27,738 nucleotides of DNA, taken from positions 1 through 27,738 of the forward strand of contig CAYXFC010000001.1 of NCBI GenBank assembly GCA_964464155.1. The letters run 5' to 3'. This stretch comes from an uncultured Pseudomonadales bacterium (lineage in GTDB: Bacteria; Patescibacteriota; Microgenomatia; UBA1400; UBA1449). This document shows positions 8,459 to 18,126 of this stretch, one piece after another. Every line of letters begins with the position of its first letter. Positions within the stretch are counted from its first letter, which is position 1. Under the pieces are notes generated by a model, which had not been told where the DNA came from, ran no database searches, and saw nothing but the letters and a program-made list of their open reading frames with translations. The translations under genes were made by a program, and so were the position numbers.

Positions 8459-8752
8459 CTATTTTTTTCCTTTATAACTAATAATTTGCCAGATTATTAT
8501 TCCAGTTGTGAGTATTCCCAGTCCTTGTCCTAAAATTAGAACAATATCTTTTTCCATTATGCCATGTAAAGTCCAAAGCATATAAGATATAAAAGCTAGG
8601 AATATGAAGGAGGTTGAAAGTCCCTCAGTAGATTGAAGTTTATAATTTTTTCTAATTTGATCAGGTAATCCAATTACTTTAGTTAAGATTCCGACTATCA
8701 AAGTGAGAAAACCAATGATTCCAGCAAAGGTAATTGTTTGAAATATTTCCAT
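8459..8752 (-). CDS. SemiSWEET / PQ-loop family small transporter
   Basis: 97 aa with three hydrophobic helices; GLPDQIRKNYKLQSTEGLS resembles the SemiSWEET LPQ..K..K..ST..LS motif; W..HG in TM2. Confidence 0.75.
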   Translation of the reverse strand: MEIFQTITFAGIIGFLTLIVGILTKVIGLPDQIRKNYKLQSTEGLSTSFIFLAFISYMLWTLHGIMEKDIVLILGQGLGILTTGIIIWQIISYKGKK

Positions 8753-8812
8753 ATATAAAACTATCTACTAATTTTATAATATAATTACAATTATTAACAC
8801 CTTAACAATCAT

Positions 8813-8818
8813 TAAGCT
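8813..8818 (+). promoter_or_regulatory. -10 element 6 nt before the rnhB ATG (leaderless candidate)
   Basis: TAAGCT-aaattt-ATG; no SD. Confidence 0.4.
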
Positions 8819-8824
8819 AAATTT

Positions 8825-9412
8825 ATGAAAAATTTAATTCTCGGTTTTGATGAAGTGGGACGTGGACCTTTGGCTGGTCCTGTTGTGGTAGCTTGCGTTT
8901 TATCAAACGAGGAAATAAAAATTCCCAAAGACATTGTAATACGTGATAGTAAAAAGATGACTGCTAGACAAAAAGAGAAAGCTAACATTTGGATTAGAGA
9001 GAATTATATTTTTGGAATAGGCCAAGTGTCGGCTAATCAAATAGATCAAAAAGGTATTTCAAACGCTGTTAGATTAGCAGCCTTTTTAGCGCTTAAAGAT
9101 ATCAAAAGTAAATCAAAATTAGATTTTGAAAAGATCAAATTGTTAATTGATGGGCGTGACGAATGGATTGATGGTTCTCAGACTATTATTTGCGGTGACG
9201 ACAAAATTAATGAAATTTCAATGGCCTCAATTATTGCCAAAGTATATCGGGACAATTTGATGATAGAAATAGGCAAACAATATCCAGTTTGGGGATTTGA
9301 AAAACATGTAGGATATGGAACTGCCTGGCATTGTCATCAAATTCAAAAAAATGGATTGATAAAAAATTTACATCGAACTACTTTTTGTCACAAATTAATA
9401 TCCAAAACTTAG
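8825..9412 (+). CDS. rnhB: Ribonuclease HII
   Basis: GFDEVGRGPLAGPVV, RDSKK, LIDG, GD...ISMASIIAKVYRD and HVGYGT...H motifs. Confidence 0.96.
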   Translation: MKNLILGFDEVGRGPLAGPVVVACVLSNEEIKIPKDIVIRDSKKMTARQKEKANIWIRENYIFGIGQVSANQIDQKGISNAVRLAAFLALKDIKSKSKLDFEKIKLLIDGRDEWIDGSQTIICGDDKINEISMASIIAKVYRDNLMIEIGKQYPVWGFEKHVGYGTAWHCHQIQKNGLIKNLHRTTFCHKLISKT

Positions 9413-10426
9413 AACCGTCTCTTCAATTTCAAAATAGTTTTTATTTTCCATCAGTTGGATTCTGAGTTTTTTGGCTCCATCAAAACCCTGACAATACCAA
9501 CCAAGATGTTTTTTAAGCGCTGGAAATTGTTTATCATTGGTATTTTGACAAAATACTCTAGCATGCTCAAGTAGCGTATTTAATCTCTGTTTAAGTTCTA
9601 CTGTTTGGTTTTGAGAAAATACCCAGGGATTACCTAAAGCCGCTCTGCCGATCAAAATTCCATCTAGTTGAAAATATTTAGCCTTTTCTAATGCATCGGT
9701 ATGATTTTTAATATCGCCATTACCTAAATAAACAATTCCGGCTGCTCTAACTTTTTGACTTATAGAGGCAATGGCCTGCCAGTTGGCTTGGCCATGATAA
9801 AGCTGTTTTAAGGTTCGTCCATGAACTGTGAGAGCATCGGGATTGGTTTCCAGTAAATAATCGCTCCACTGCTGTAAGGTATTAGTTTCAACTCCTAATC
9901 TAGTTTTAATAGAAATCGGAATCGGTAATTTTTGATTATGTTTTCCATTTTTCATTTGTTTGATGAGTTGAATTTTATTTTTATTTAATCCCAGTTGAGT
10001 CAAAGTTTGACCATCTACCCAGTCATTAATACCGCGTCTTGTTTGCATAATAAGCTCTTGAGCCAGTTGTGGAGTTTGAATAAGTTGTGCTCCTCCACCG
10101 CGGCGAACAATAGTATTGGCTGGACAACCCATATTAATATCAATCCCATCAAAACCAAGTTCACATATGATATGAGCGGCTTTATAAAAATACTCCGGTT
10201 GGGAACCAAATATTTGGGCCACAATTGGTCTTTGAAGTTCATCAAATTTTAACCCTTCATAGACATATGATTTACCGTGCCATAATGCCATGACATGCAC
10301 AAATTCAGTAAATATTACACTGGGTTTTGCAGTTTGTGCCAAAATTTGCCGAAAAGCATAATCGGTTACACCATCCATAGGTGCCATGCCCATAATCGGT
10401 TTGGGTAAAATTTTCCAAAAAGACAT
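9395..10426 (-). CDS. dus: tRNA-dihydrouridine synthase
   Basis: MAPMDGVTD, QIFG, IDINMGCP (catalytic Cys), IKTRLG, TVHGRT, GNGDI and GILIGRAALGNPWVF. Overlaps the rnhB 3' end convergently by 18 nt. Confidence 0.95.
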   Translation of the reverse strand: MSFWKILPKPIMGMAPMDGVTDYAFRQILAQTAKPSVIFTEFVHVMALWHGKSYVYEGLKFDELQRPIVAQIFGSQPEYFYKAAHIICELGFDGIDINMGCPANTIVRRGGGAQLIQTPQLAQELIMQTRRGINDWVDGQTLTQLGLNKNKIQLIKQMKNGKHNQKLPIPISIKTRLGVETNTLQQWSDYLLETNPDALTVHGRTLKQLYHGQANWQAIASISQKVRAAGIVYLGNGDIKNHTDALEKAKYFQLDGILIGRAALGNPWVFSQNQTVELKQRLNTLLEHARVFCQNTNDKQFPALKKHLGWYCQGFDGAKKLRIQLMENKNYFEIEETVLSFGY

Positions 10427-10435
10427 ATGGTGAGT

Positions 10436-10441
10436 ATTATA
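10436..10441 (-). promoter_or_regulatory. -10 element 9 nt before the dus ATG
   Basis: Minus strand: TATAAT-actcaccat-ATG; no SD. Confidence 0.5.
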
Positions 10442-10557
10442 AAGGATATATGAGTAAAATTAAAAGAAAGTGGAATGAATTAAACAGAAGCTGTAAGACA
10501 ATTGAGTTAATAATAGGAAATTCAAAGGCGGATTAGTATTTTAGAATACGAAAAAAA

Positions 10558-11376
10558 TTAGAGTTTAGGAAGAGTAATTATTGTCTGCAGTAAATCTTTT
10601 TTGGTAATAATTCCCATTGGCTTGTTGTTCTTATCAGTAATAATAATACTGCCAACTTCATTTTGATTCATAATTTCGACTGCTTCCACAAACATTGGAA
10701 CATGATTAAGCGTGATTGGCATCTGTTTCATATAAAATTTGACCGTTTTACCTTTATTTTTCTTTCTTTCTCCACTTCTATCTTGCGGTCCCGCAGAATT
10801 TGGCAGGGTAAGTGTATTTTTGAGGTCATAATTTGACAACACTCCAACTAAAACACCATTACTATTTATAACTGGTAATTTAGCAATTCGGTATTCGCGC
10901 ATTAACTTAAGAGCTTGAGATACTGAAACATCTTGGTTTATAGTAATTAACTGTCTATTACTAACTACAATATGTCCGGAATTAAGTAGGTTTGGATGTT
11001 TGAGTAAGTACGAGAATAAACGGTTAATTGTGACAATACCCAAAAACTGGCCGTCTTTAGCAACTACTGGTAAAAAATAAATTCTACTTTCTATCATTTG
11101 GATAGCTAATTCCTTAAAATTATTTTCTGGAGCAATTTTAGGTGGCATTTTTACACAAGATTTAAGCTTGGAAGTGCTATTCACTGATCTAGTTTTTGTC
11201 AAATATATTTGACTGCAAACTCCTACAAATTCTTCACTATTAAAAACAAAAGCAGCATCATGGCTAGAAACTAAACTAGATAGTACTTCTGATAATTTTT
11301 GATCCTGTTGAAAGCGTAAAACGCCTTTGGTCTTGACGATATCTTTTACTGTAGGGGAGATTTGAATTGCATTCAC
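10558..11376 (-). CDS. CBS-domain protein (two Bateman modules)
   Basis: GTG start; repeated CBS signatures LPVVAKDGQFLGIVT, LPVINSNGVLVGVLS and IIITDKNNKPMGIITKKDLL. Confidence 0.88.
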   Translation of the reverse strand: MNAIQISPTVKDIVKTKGVLRFQQDQKLSEVLSSLVSSHDAAFVFNSEEFVGVCSQIYLTKTRSVNSTSKLKSCVKMPPKIAPENNFKELAIQMIESRIYFLPVVAKDGQFLGIVTINRLFSYLLKHPNLLNSGHIVVSNRQLITINQDVSVSQALKLMREYRIAKLPVINSNGVLVGVLSNYDLKNTLTLPNSAGPQDRSGERKKNKGKTVKFYMKQMPITLNHVPMFVEAVEIMNQNEVGSIIITDKNNKPMGIITKKDLLQTIITLPKL

Positions 11377-11382
11377 ATATTC

Positions 11383-11391
11383 AGAATATCA
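11383..11391 (-). promoter_or_regulatory. Extended -10 element 6 nt before the CBS gene GTG (leaderless candidate)
   Basis: Minus strand: TGA-TATTCT-gaatat-GTG; no SD. Confidence 0.45.
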
Positions 11392-11463
11392 ATAAATTAT
11401 GAAGAAGAGATGAAGGAAGCTAATTTGTACACATAATTATAAATAATTTAGACAAATTAAATT

Positions 11464-12405
11464 CTATATAGATATCATATGAGCAATTTTATCAGCAATA
11501 AACTGATGACCGGTAACAGACGGATGAATGCCATCATGCTTATTAACATATATTGCTATGCCTTCACCATTGGTTTGTAGCGTGGGATGGTAACAGTCAA
11601 TTATTGGTATATTAAGACTCTTTGCAATTGAGATTCCTTGCTCAAGATAAGAATCAATCTTGGTAGCGTGTGCCCAGGCCGCATCGCTATCCCAATTGAC
11701 TCCACCTGGACCTTTGCCAAAATTAGCCTTTAGAGGAGCAATAGTAGCCAAAAAATAAACCGGTTTTCCCAATGCTATAAGTTGATTTAATAAAGAGCGC
11801 ATATTGGCCTCATATTCTTCACTATTATCTAGTGGATTATATGCAAATGATTCAATAATAAAAATGTCAGCATTAGAATTTAGTATTGTCGGATATTGGC
11901 GGTCTTTATAATTTATGTTTTCATTCAGTCTATTCAAACCATTAGTTACAGATTGAGCTCCGATACCATAATTTAATAAATTAAAATCAATATTAGGATA
12001 CACTAGCTTAAGTGCTTTTTTTAGATAAGGAGAATCTGTTTCCATAGTATCTATCATGGAATCTCCAAAAAGAGCGATGGTTTTGTGACCGCTTAAAAGT
12101 GATATTGGCCTTTCTTTAATTAAAGTATTTTCAGTTTGAACATCGCTAGCTCCTAAAACCTGTGAATTTTGAATTAAAATATTTTGCTCTTGATCATATG
12201 AGGCAAAGAGATCATTTACATAACCATCAGTAGATTTTGGAATTTGGGGTTGTGGATTATTTTGTGACATTAGTTCTTGAGCAAATAAATATTTTGTTGG
12301 TGATAAAAGTATATCTTGAGGTTTAGTATTTACAAATGGACTAATAATAATCCCAAAAAACATACCAAAACAAAAAATTGTAAAAATATTTTTTGGGGCA
12401 GTCAT
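11464..12405 (-). CDS. Membrane-anchored or secreted SGNH/GDSL hydrolase
   Basis: N-terminal hydrophobic helix; block I FGDSM, block II NYGIGA, block III ESFAYN, block V DGIHP...GH. Confidence 0.85.
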   Translation of the reverse strand: MTAPKNIFTIFCFGMFFGIIISPFVNTKPQDILLSPTKYLFAQELMSQNNPQPQIPKSTDGYVNDLFASYDQEQNILIQNSQVLGASDVQTENTLIKERPISLLSGHKTIALFGDSMIDTMETDSPYLKKALKLVYPNIDFNLLNYGIGAQSVTNGLNRLNENINYKDRQYPTILNSNADIFIIESFAYNPLDNSEEYEANMRSLLNQLIALGKPVYFLATIAPLKANFGKGPGGVNWDSDAAWAHATKIDSYLEQGISIAKSLNIPIIDCYHPTLQTNGEGIAIYVNKHDGIHPSVTGHQFIADKIAHMISI

Positions 12406-12420
12406 ATATTCATATTATCA

Positions 12421-13014
12421 TTAATGAGACCATTTTTTGAGATAATCAACCATCTTCGCCAAAGCCTTTGCACGGTGACTGATTTGCTGTTTTATTTCCA
12501 AAGGTAACTCTCCAAAGCTTTGAGAATAATTAAGTGGCTGAAAAATAGGATCATATCCAAAGCCATCTTTTCCAGAAGGTTGTTCCAAAATAACACCTTC
12601 GCATATACCAGTTGTTGTTGTTTCAATTTGAGTTTTGGGGTCAATAAAAGCAATTACGCAAGTATAATGAGCTGTTCTTTTAGCTAGTGGGACACCTTTT
12701 AATAATTCAAGTATTTTAAGATTACGATCATTATCACTTCCTTGGATAAAACGAGCAGACAATACTCCTGGTTTACCTTCAAGATAATCAACACAAAGAC
12801 CAGAATCATCAACTAATGTTGGTAATTTTGAAAGCTTTACCCAGACCCTAGCTTTAATAAGAGAATTTTGAAGAAAGGTATTTCCAGTTTCGTCAATTTC
12901 TGTATCAATACCCAACTCATTAGGATTTGTGATATCTAACTTAAGATTAGAGAAAGCATCAGCAAACTCTTTTAACTTTCCTTTGTTATTACTGCCGATG
13001 AAAATTTTGTTCAT
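12421..13014 (-). CDS. rdgB: Non-canonical purine NTP pyrophosphatase (RdgB/HAM1)
   Basis: GSNNKGKLKE, ETG.TF..N...KA, DDSGL, PGV.SAR, GFGYDPIF and SHRAKA motifs. Confidence 0.96.
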   Translation of the reverse strand: MNKIFIGSNNKGKLKEFADAFSNLKLDITNPNELGIDTEIDETGNTFLQNSLIKARVWVKLSKLPTLVDDSGLCVDYLEGKPGVLSARFIQGSDNDRNLKILELLKGVPLAKRTAHYTCVIAFIDPKTQIETTTTGICEGVILEQPSGKDGFGYDPIFQPLNYSQSFGELPLEIKQQISHRAKALAKMVDYLKKWSH

Positions 13015-13015
13015 A

Positions 13016-13696
13016 TCAACTTACAAATCTGTATTTTAATAATGACCACAAAGCATGGAAAAAATCTTTAGCTCCTATCTTTTTTCCCTGAGAATAATCT
13101 CTACCTGCATAAGAGATTGGAACTTCATAAATATACAAATGCTTTTTTAAGATTTTTGCCGTAATCTCGGTTTCAAAATCAAACCTTTTGGCCTTCCAAT
13201 CTATGCTTTTTAATAAATCAGTCTTAAAAACTTTATAACATGTTTCTAAATCTGAGAGAGTAGTGTTATATAAAACATTAGCAAATAAATTAATAAATTT
13301 ATTTCCGACCATATGCCAAAAAAGTAAATTCCGATGAGGTCCTAAAAAACGTGAACCATAAACAACTTCGGCCTTACCAGCCTCAATTGGGATTATCAAT
13401 GATTTATAGTCTTTAGGATCATACTCTAAGTCAGCATCTTGAATAATGGTTATCTTTCCACTAGCATAAGCAATCGCGGTTTTGAGGGCTGCACCTTTTC
13501 CTTGGTTTTTTTGGTGGTAAAAAATTTTAATTTTCGGGTCATTAATTTTTGCAAGTATTTTTTGGGTTCCATCACTAGAAGCATCATCAACAATAATAAT
13601 TTCAGCTTCTTTCCATGATTTTTTTATCTGATTAATTATTTCAATAATGGTATTTTTTTCGTTATAGACTGGTATTAGGATTGATAATTTAGTCAT
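13016..13696 (-). CDS. Glycosyltransferase family 2, polyprenol-phosphate-sugar (DPM1-like) synthase type
   Basis: Likely start MTKLSILIPVYNE at 13696, 1 nt after the comM stop. Motifs VDDASSDGT, NQGKGAA, IQDADLEYDP (DxD), VYGSRF, SDLETCYK and FDFETE; no C-terminal TM. Confidence 0.9.
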   Translation of the reverse strand: MTKLSILIPVYNEKNTIIEIINQIKKSWKEAEIIIVDDASSDGTQKILAKINDPKIKIFYHQKNQGKGAALKTAIAYASGKITIIQDADLEYDPKDYKSLIIPIEAGKAEVVYGSRFLGPHRNLLFWHMVGNKFINLFANVLYNTTLSDLETCYKVFKTDLLKSIDWKAKRFDFETEITAKILKKHLYIYEVPISYAGRDYSQGKKIGAKDFFHALWSLLKYRFVS

Positions 13697-13697
13697 A

Positions 13698-15230
13698 TTA
13701 TTCTTCAATTCTTGGCCGGTATTGTAAGGCCTCAGCTACATGATCTATTTCAATATTATCAGAGTTTGCCAGATCAGCAATAGTACGAGCGACTTTTAAG
13801 ACTCTAAAATAAGATCTTGCTGATAAACCAAGTTGTTGAGTAGATTGGGTCAAAATCTTTTTAGCATCTTCTTTTAAGATACAAACATTTCTAACCTGTT
13901 TGGAATTTAATTCCGCATTATTAATTATTTGCATATTATTTTCTTTGTAACGCAATTGTTGTTTGTTACGCGCCAAATTAACTCTTTGCTGAATCAAAGT
14001 ACTTTTTTCAGACTCATAATCTTTATCCAGCTTATCGACTTCTACTTCTGGTACTGATATATATAAATCTATCCGATCTAATATAGGACCAGATAAACGT
14101 TTGCGATAACGATCAACGATACCCGGTAAACAAATACAGTGTTTAGTTTTGGACAACAAATATCCACATGGACAAGGATTGGCAGCAGCAATTAAAATAA
14201 ATTTCGCCGGAAATTGTATAGTACCAGCCGCACGGGAAACTGTTATTAAACCATCTTCTAAAGGTTGCCTTAGGCTTTCGAGAATTGTACGAGGGAATTC
14301 CAGAAATTCATCTAAAAATAAAACTCCTCTATGGGCAAGGGAAATTTCTCCTGGCATCGGATGAGTTCCACCTCCAATTAGACCTACTGTAGAAGTTGTA
14401 TGATGTGGACTGCGAAATGGCCTTTGGGTGATTGCAGAAACTGCTGCTGAAAGTTTACCTGACACCGAATAAATATTAGTTACTTCCAAAATTTCATTTT
14501 CGGTCATGTCTGGCAAAATTGTTGGCATAGTACGAGCGAGTAAAGTTTTACCAGAACCTGGAGAACCCATCATCAGGACATTATGACCACCGGCAGCTGC
14601 AATCTCTAAAACTCTTTTTGCTTGTTCTTGACCTTTAATATCTGACATATCAAAAAGCTGATCTGGGTTGTGTAAAGTCTTAGGAATTATATGAGGAGTC
14701 GGTTTAATTTCAATTTTATTTAAAAGATACTCTGCTGCCTGTTTAAGATTAGATATAGGTATAACCTTAATCCCACTAATCATGGCTGCTTCTTGAGCGT
14801 TTACGTTGGGGACAAAAATCAACTCTATTTTTTCTTTTCTGGATAACAATGATAGTGATAATGCTCCGTTAGTGTGGCGTAAGCTTGCATCAAGAGATAA
14901 TTCTCCAAAAAATAAACACGAATTCAGATCGTATTTTGTCTCTATCTGATTATCGGCAACTAAAATCCCAATCGCTATGGGAAGATCGTACGAGGCTCCT
15001 TCTTTGGGTAAATCTGCTGGTGTAAGGTTGATTACGATTTTTTTATTGGGAAACTCAAAACCAGCATTTTTGATAGCCGATTTGACTCTTTCTGTGGCTT
15101 CTTTGGTAGCTTTTCCAGGTAAGCCTACAATGGTAAAACCTGGGAAACCTTGAGGTGGAATATCTACTTCCACTTCAACTTTTACCGATTCCAGTCCAAT
15201 ATTCGCTCCAGAAATTATTTTTGCAAGCAT
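13698..15230 (-). CDS. comM: YifB/ComM Mg-chelatase-like AAA+ ATPase
   Basis: Lon-like N-domain (IVGLP, INLTPADLPKEG..YDLPIA), Walker A GSPGSGKT, RPFRSPHH, PGEISLAHRGVLFLDE, NPCPCG Zn motif, SGPILDRID and LSARSY.RVLKVARTIADL. Confidence 0.95.
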   Translation of the reverse strand: MLAKIISGANIGLESVKVEVEVDIPPQGFPGFTIVGLPGKATKEATERVKSAIKNAGFEFPNKKIVINLTPADLPKEGASYDLPIAIGILVADNQIETKYDLNSCLFFGELSLDASLRHTNGALSLSLLSRKEKIELIFVPNVNAQEAAMISGIKVIPISNLKQAAEYLLNKIEIKPTPHIIPKTLHNPDQLFDMSDIKGQEQAKRVLEIAAAGGHNVLMMGSPGSGKTLLARTMPTILPDMTENEILEVTNIYSVSGKLSAAVSAITQRPFRSPHHTTSTVGLIGGGTHPMPGEISLAHRGVLFLDEFLEFPRTILESLRQPLEDGLITVSRAAGTIQFPAKFILIAAANPCPCGYLLSKTKHCICLPGIVDRYRKRLSGPILDRIDLYISVPEVEVDKLDKDYESEKSTLIQQRVNLARNKQQLRYKENNMQIINNAELNSKQVRNVCILKEDAKKILTQSTQQLGLSARSYFRVLKVARTIADLANSDNIEIDHVAEALQYRPRIEE

Positions 15231-15274
15231 GTAATAAGTATTAATGAGAAGCTTAAAAGTATCAAGTGTGAAAA

Positions 15275-17329
15275 TTAATAATCGCTGCTAATTTTGAGTC
15301 TTGGTATTTGCGTAATATGTTCATTTTCTTCTTTCACTAACTCTTTTGCTCCAATATCTCCATATAATTTAATCAAATATTGCCTAATGGCAATATTAGT
15401 AGGATCAACAAAGGAGGCAAGTTGGTAATAATGTAATATGCACTGAAGATTATTTTCACAAAAACCCACTTTATCTATAATTTGTTGACTATTAATTACT
15501 CGGTCTTGGGACTGGTAATCTTTGTCTCCAGGATATTGAGGTAAATCTTTTAGTAATTGAGAGATAGTTGGATCATTAGGTTTGAGTTTAAGTGCCTTTT
15601 GGTAATATGATATAGCTAAGTTTTTTTGGGTGGATCTAGCATAGAGTGTGGCGTTTTTGGCGTATTGTTCAAAGAGCATTAACTTGAATGCTTTAGTAAA
15701 CAAATTAGGATAGTCAAGTAATTGTTGATCAAAGGTAAAATTTTGCCACTTATCCAGTTCAGCAGTTGGTTGTTTGCTAATTTCAAAAACTAAATCTTTG
15801 GGAATTAAATAAAAAGCCTGACCATCAAGTCCCATAAATTCTATATAATCTGGCAAGATTCCGGCAACATATACTCTTTTACTTTGATATAAAGCCCAAC
15901 TGATAATTGAGCCAATTCTTTGAGGATTACGTGTATAAATATTTTCAAATAATTGAGGACTTTGTTTAGCAGTATAATTTTGCAATTTTGAAGTAACAGG
16001 AATAATTGTGATGTCTTGGCGTATTTGGTCAATAGACTGCGAATATCTGAGTGAAAAACATGAGATATCAGAAAAACAAACTAACACAGCTTCTTTGGGT
16101 AAATTTTGTAAAATGTTACTGCTGTAGTCGGCAACGATCTTATAATTGGCAATGTTTTGATATCGGAAATTAATTGCAAATTGAATAATGGGGAACAAAA
16201 CCATGAAATATATTAATTTCTTATGATATTTTGAAATTATTAATAAAGGGAGAATTAGTAATAGAATCCAAATAGGATATCCCATTAAATACATTCGCTG
16301 TGTAATGGCTGTAACCATAGCAATAGCAGCAGGGTTAGTGGGGGACTGAGGGAAAGTTAGATAAAATCCCAGCAAAGGACCACTTAATAAAAAGATAGCT
16401 AATAAATATCTTGCAGCATATTTAGGTAAGAGACTAAACAAAATATATATTCCTATCAAGGCTAGGATAAATAAAGGAAAACCTATTTGACTAATTACAT
16501 CAGTTAAATAAACCACAAATGCATTAAAATTGTGATTATTAATTACATCAGAAAGATAAGCGCTATTTGATTTATTAGGTGCATAATCTTTTCTGAGTAA
16601 ATAATCTTTTATGCCTTGAAAAGTATAATTAACTTGCCATGATTGAGGAGCTTCCTGATTAGCTGTGAGAAATAAAGTAGTGTATAAAACTATAGGTATG
16701 ACAATAATTAACCCGCTGCCCAACAAAACCTGTTTATAATTTCTTTTAAGTTCATTCCAAAGCAAAATTAATGATGGAACTATAGTTAGAATAATTATTT
16801 GTTGGTGCGCGAGTCCAAATCCGATAAAGCAACATAAGCAATACCACAATTTAGACTGCCATTTTTGTTTTAATTTTAGTGTTAAATAAATAATTAATAA
16901 TGATAATAAAATATTTAATGAAAATACTTCAGTAACTATACTGTAGGTCCAAAATACGGGGGTAAAAGCTAAAAACAAAGCTAAAGACACGGCAATTATT
17001 TCTAGTTTAGTTTTATCTTTTGAAACAAAACTTAATATTAACTTAGCCAACAAATAAAAAACCCCAACGGATAAAGCAGCAAAAATAATTGATACCAAGT
17101 TTGCCTTGTAAGCTATTGATAACTTGATAGGCAAATGAGTGCTGATAAAGATAAAAAAATTTAACAACGGGTATCCAGGAGGATGAGGAAGCCCTAAAAA
17201 ATATCCCGTAGTAGTTAGTTCATCACTATCACCATAAGAAACAGGAAAATGTGGCGAAGTCAACAAATAAACGACTAAAGAAGTAAAAAATACAAGTAGA
17301 AATGGCGATATGAATTTATTAAACCGCAT
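15275..17329 (-). CDS. DUF2723 (TMEM260-like) GT-C membrane glycosyltransferase with C-terminal TPR-like repeats
   Basis: Likely start MRFNK at 17329, directly after the uppP stop. GDSDEL...LGLPHPPGYPL signature; about 11 TM helices; EVFSL, FGLAHQ; C-terminal YYQKALKLKPND and YYQLASFVDPTN. Confidence 0.82.
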   Translation of the reverse strand: MRFNKFISPFLLVFFTSLVVYLLTSPHFPVSYGDSDELTTTGYFLGLPHPPGYPLLNFFIFISTHLPIKLSIAYKANLVSIIFAALSVGVFYLLAKLILSFVSKDKTKLEIIAVSLALFLAFTPVFWTYSIVTEVFSLNILLSLLIIYLTLKLKQKWQSKLWYCLCCFIGFGLAHQQIIILTIVPSLILLWNELKRNYKQVLLGSGLIIVIPIVLYTTLFLTANQEAPQSWQVNYTFQGIKDYLLRKDYAPNKSNSAYLSDVINNHNFNAFVVYLTDVISQIGFPLFILALIGIYILFSLLPKYAARYLLAIFLLSGPLLGFYLTFPQSPTNPAAIAMVTAITQRMYLMGYPIWILLLILPLLIISKYHKKLIYFMVLFPIIQFAINFRYQNIANYKIVADYSSNILQNLPKEAVLVCFSDISCFSLRYSQSIDQIRQDITIIPVTSKLQNYTAKQSPQLFENIYTRNPQRIGSIISWALYQSKRVYVAGILPDYIEFMGLDGQAFYLIPKDLVFEISKQPTAELDKWQNFTFDQQLLDYPNLFTKAFKLMLFEQYAKNATLYARSTQKNLAISYYQKALKLKPNDPTISQLLKDLPQYPGDKDYQSQDRVINSQQIIDKVGFCENNLQCILHYYQLASFVDPTNIAIRQYLIKLYGDIGAKELVKEENEHITQIPRLKISSDY

Positions 17330-17331
17330 AG

Positions 17332-18126
17332 TTATTTCACAAAAAAGAAAATCAGGAGACTTAAAAACATGCAATAATAGGCGAAAATAGATAGTTTTTT
17401 ATTTATTAGAGTTTGACGGAAAACAAGCAAAGCAATATATCCAGAAATAGCAGCAGCTATAAAGCCCACAGAATAAGCAGGTATTTGTGATGAGTTGATA
17501 TAAAATATTTGTTTAATATGTAAAATACTTGCCCCTAAAATTGCTGGGATTGACAGTAAAAAAGAAAAAGTAAAAGCATCTTTAACTCCAAAACCAGCAA
17601 GTAAAGCTCCTGATATTGTTGCTCCTGAACGTGAGATGCTTGGGAATATAGCGATTGCTTGAAATACGCCAATCTTAAAGCTTTCCATCAAACTCATTTG
17701 CTTAAGGCTTTTCTCTTGTGACCTAATATGGCTTGCGATATTTAGCAAAATACTAGTGATTAAAAAACCAATCGAGAAATATCTTACAGATTGGAAGATA
17801 GTATCCATATAATCGTTAAATAATAAGCCTAAAATAGCGGCTGGAATTGTCCCTATAATCAGTAGCCATAATAATTTGGGAATCTGATTAATTTTCCGGG
17901 AGACGATAGCTTTATAAGTTTTAACAACTAAATCATTAATAGGTCTAGATAGAATATAAACAACTGCCAACAGTGTCGCCATATGTAAAAGTACGTCAAA
18001 AGCTATTGGAACTTGAGGCAGTCCCATAAAATGTTGGACTAATGCTAAGTGTCCAGAAGAGCTAACAGGTAAAAATTCTGTTAGACCTTGAATAATCCCT
18101 AGGATGAACGCTTGGAAAATGGTCAT
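17332..18126 (-). CDS. uppP: Undecaprenyl-diphosphate phosphatase (BacA)
   Basis: Likely start MTIFQ at 18126 (ATGA overlap with the upstream stop); IQGLTEFLPVSSSGHL, SISRSGAT and FSFLLSIPAI motifs. Confidence 0.95.
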   Translation of the reverse strand: MTIFQAFILGIIQGLTEFLPVSSSGHLALVQHFMGLPQVPIAFDVLLHMATLLAVVYILSRPINDLVVKTYKAIVSRKINQIPKLLWLLIIGTIPAAILGLLFNDYMDTIFQSVRYFSIGFLITSILLNIASHIRSQEKSLKQMSLMESFKIGVFQAIAIFPSISRSGATISGALLAGFGVKDAFTFSFLLSIPAILGASILHIKQIFYINSSQIPAYSVGFIAAAISGYIALLVFRQTLINKKLSIFAYYCMFLSLLIFFFVK

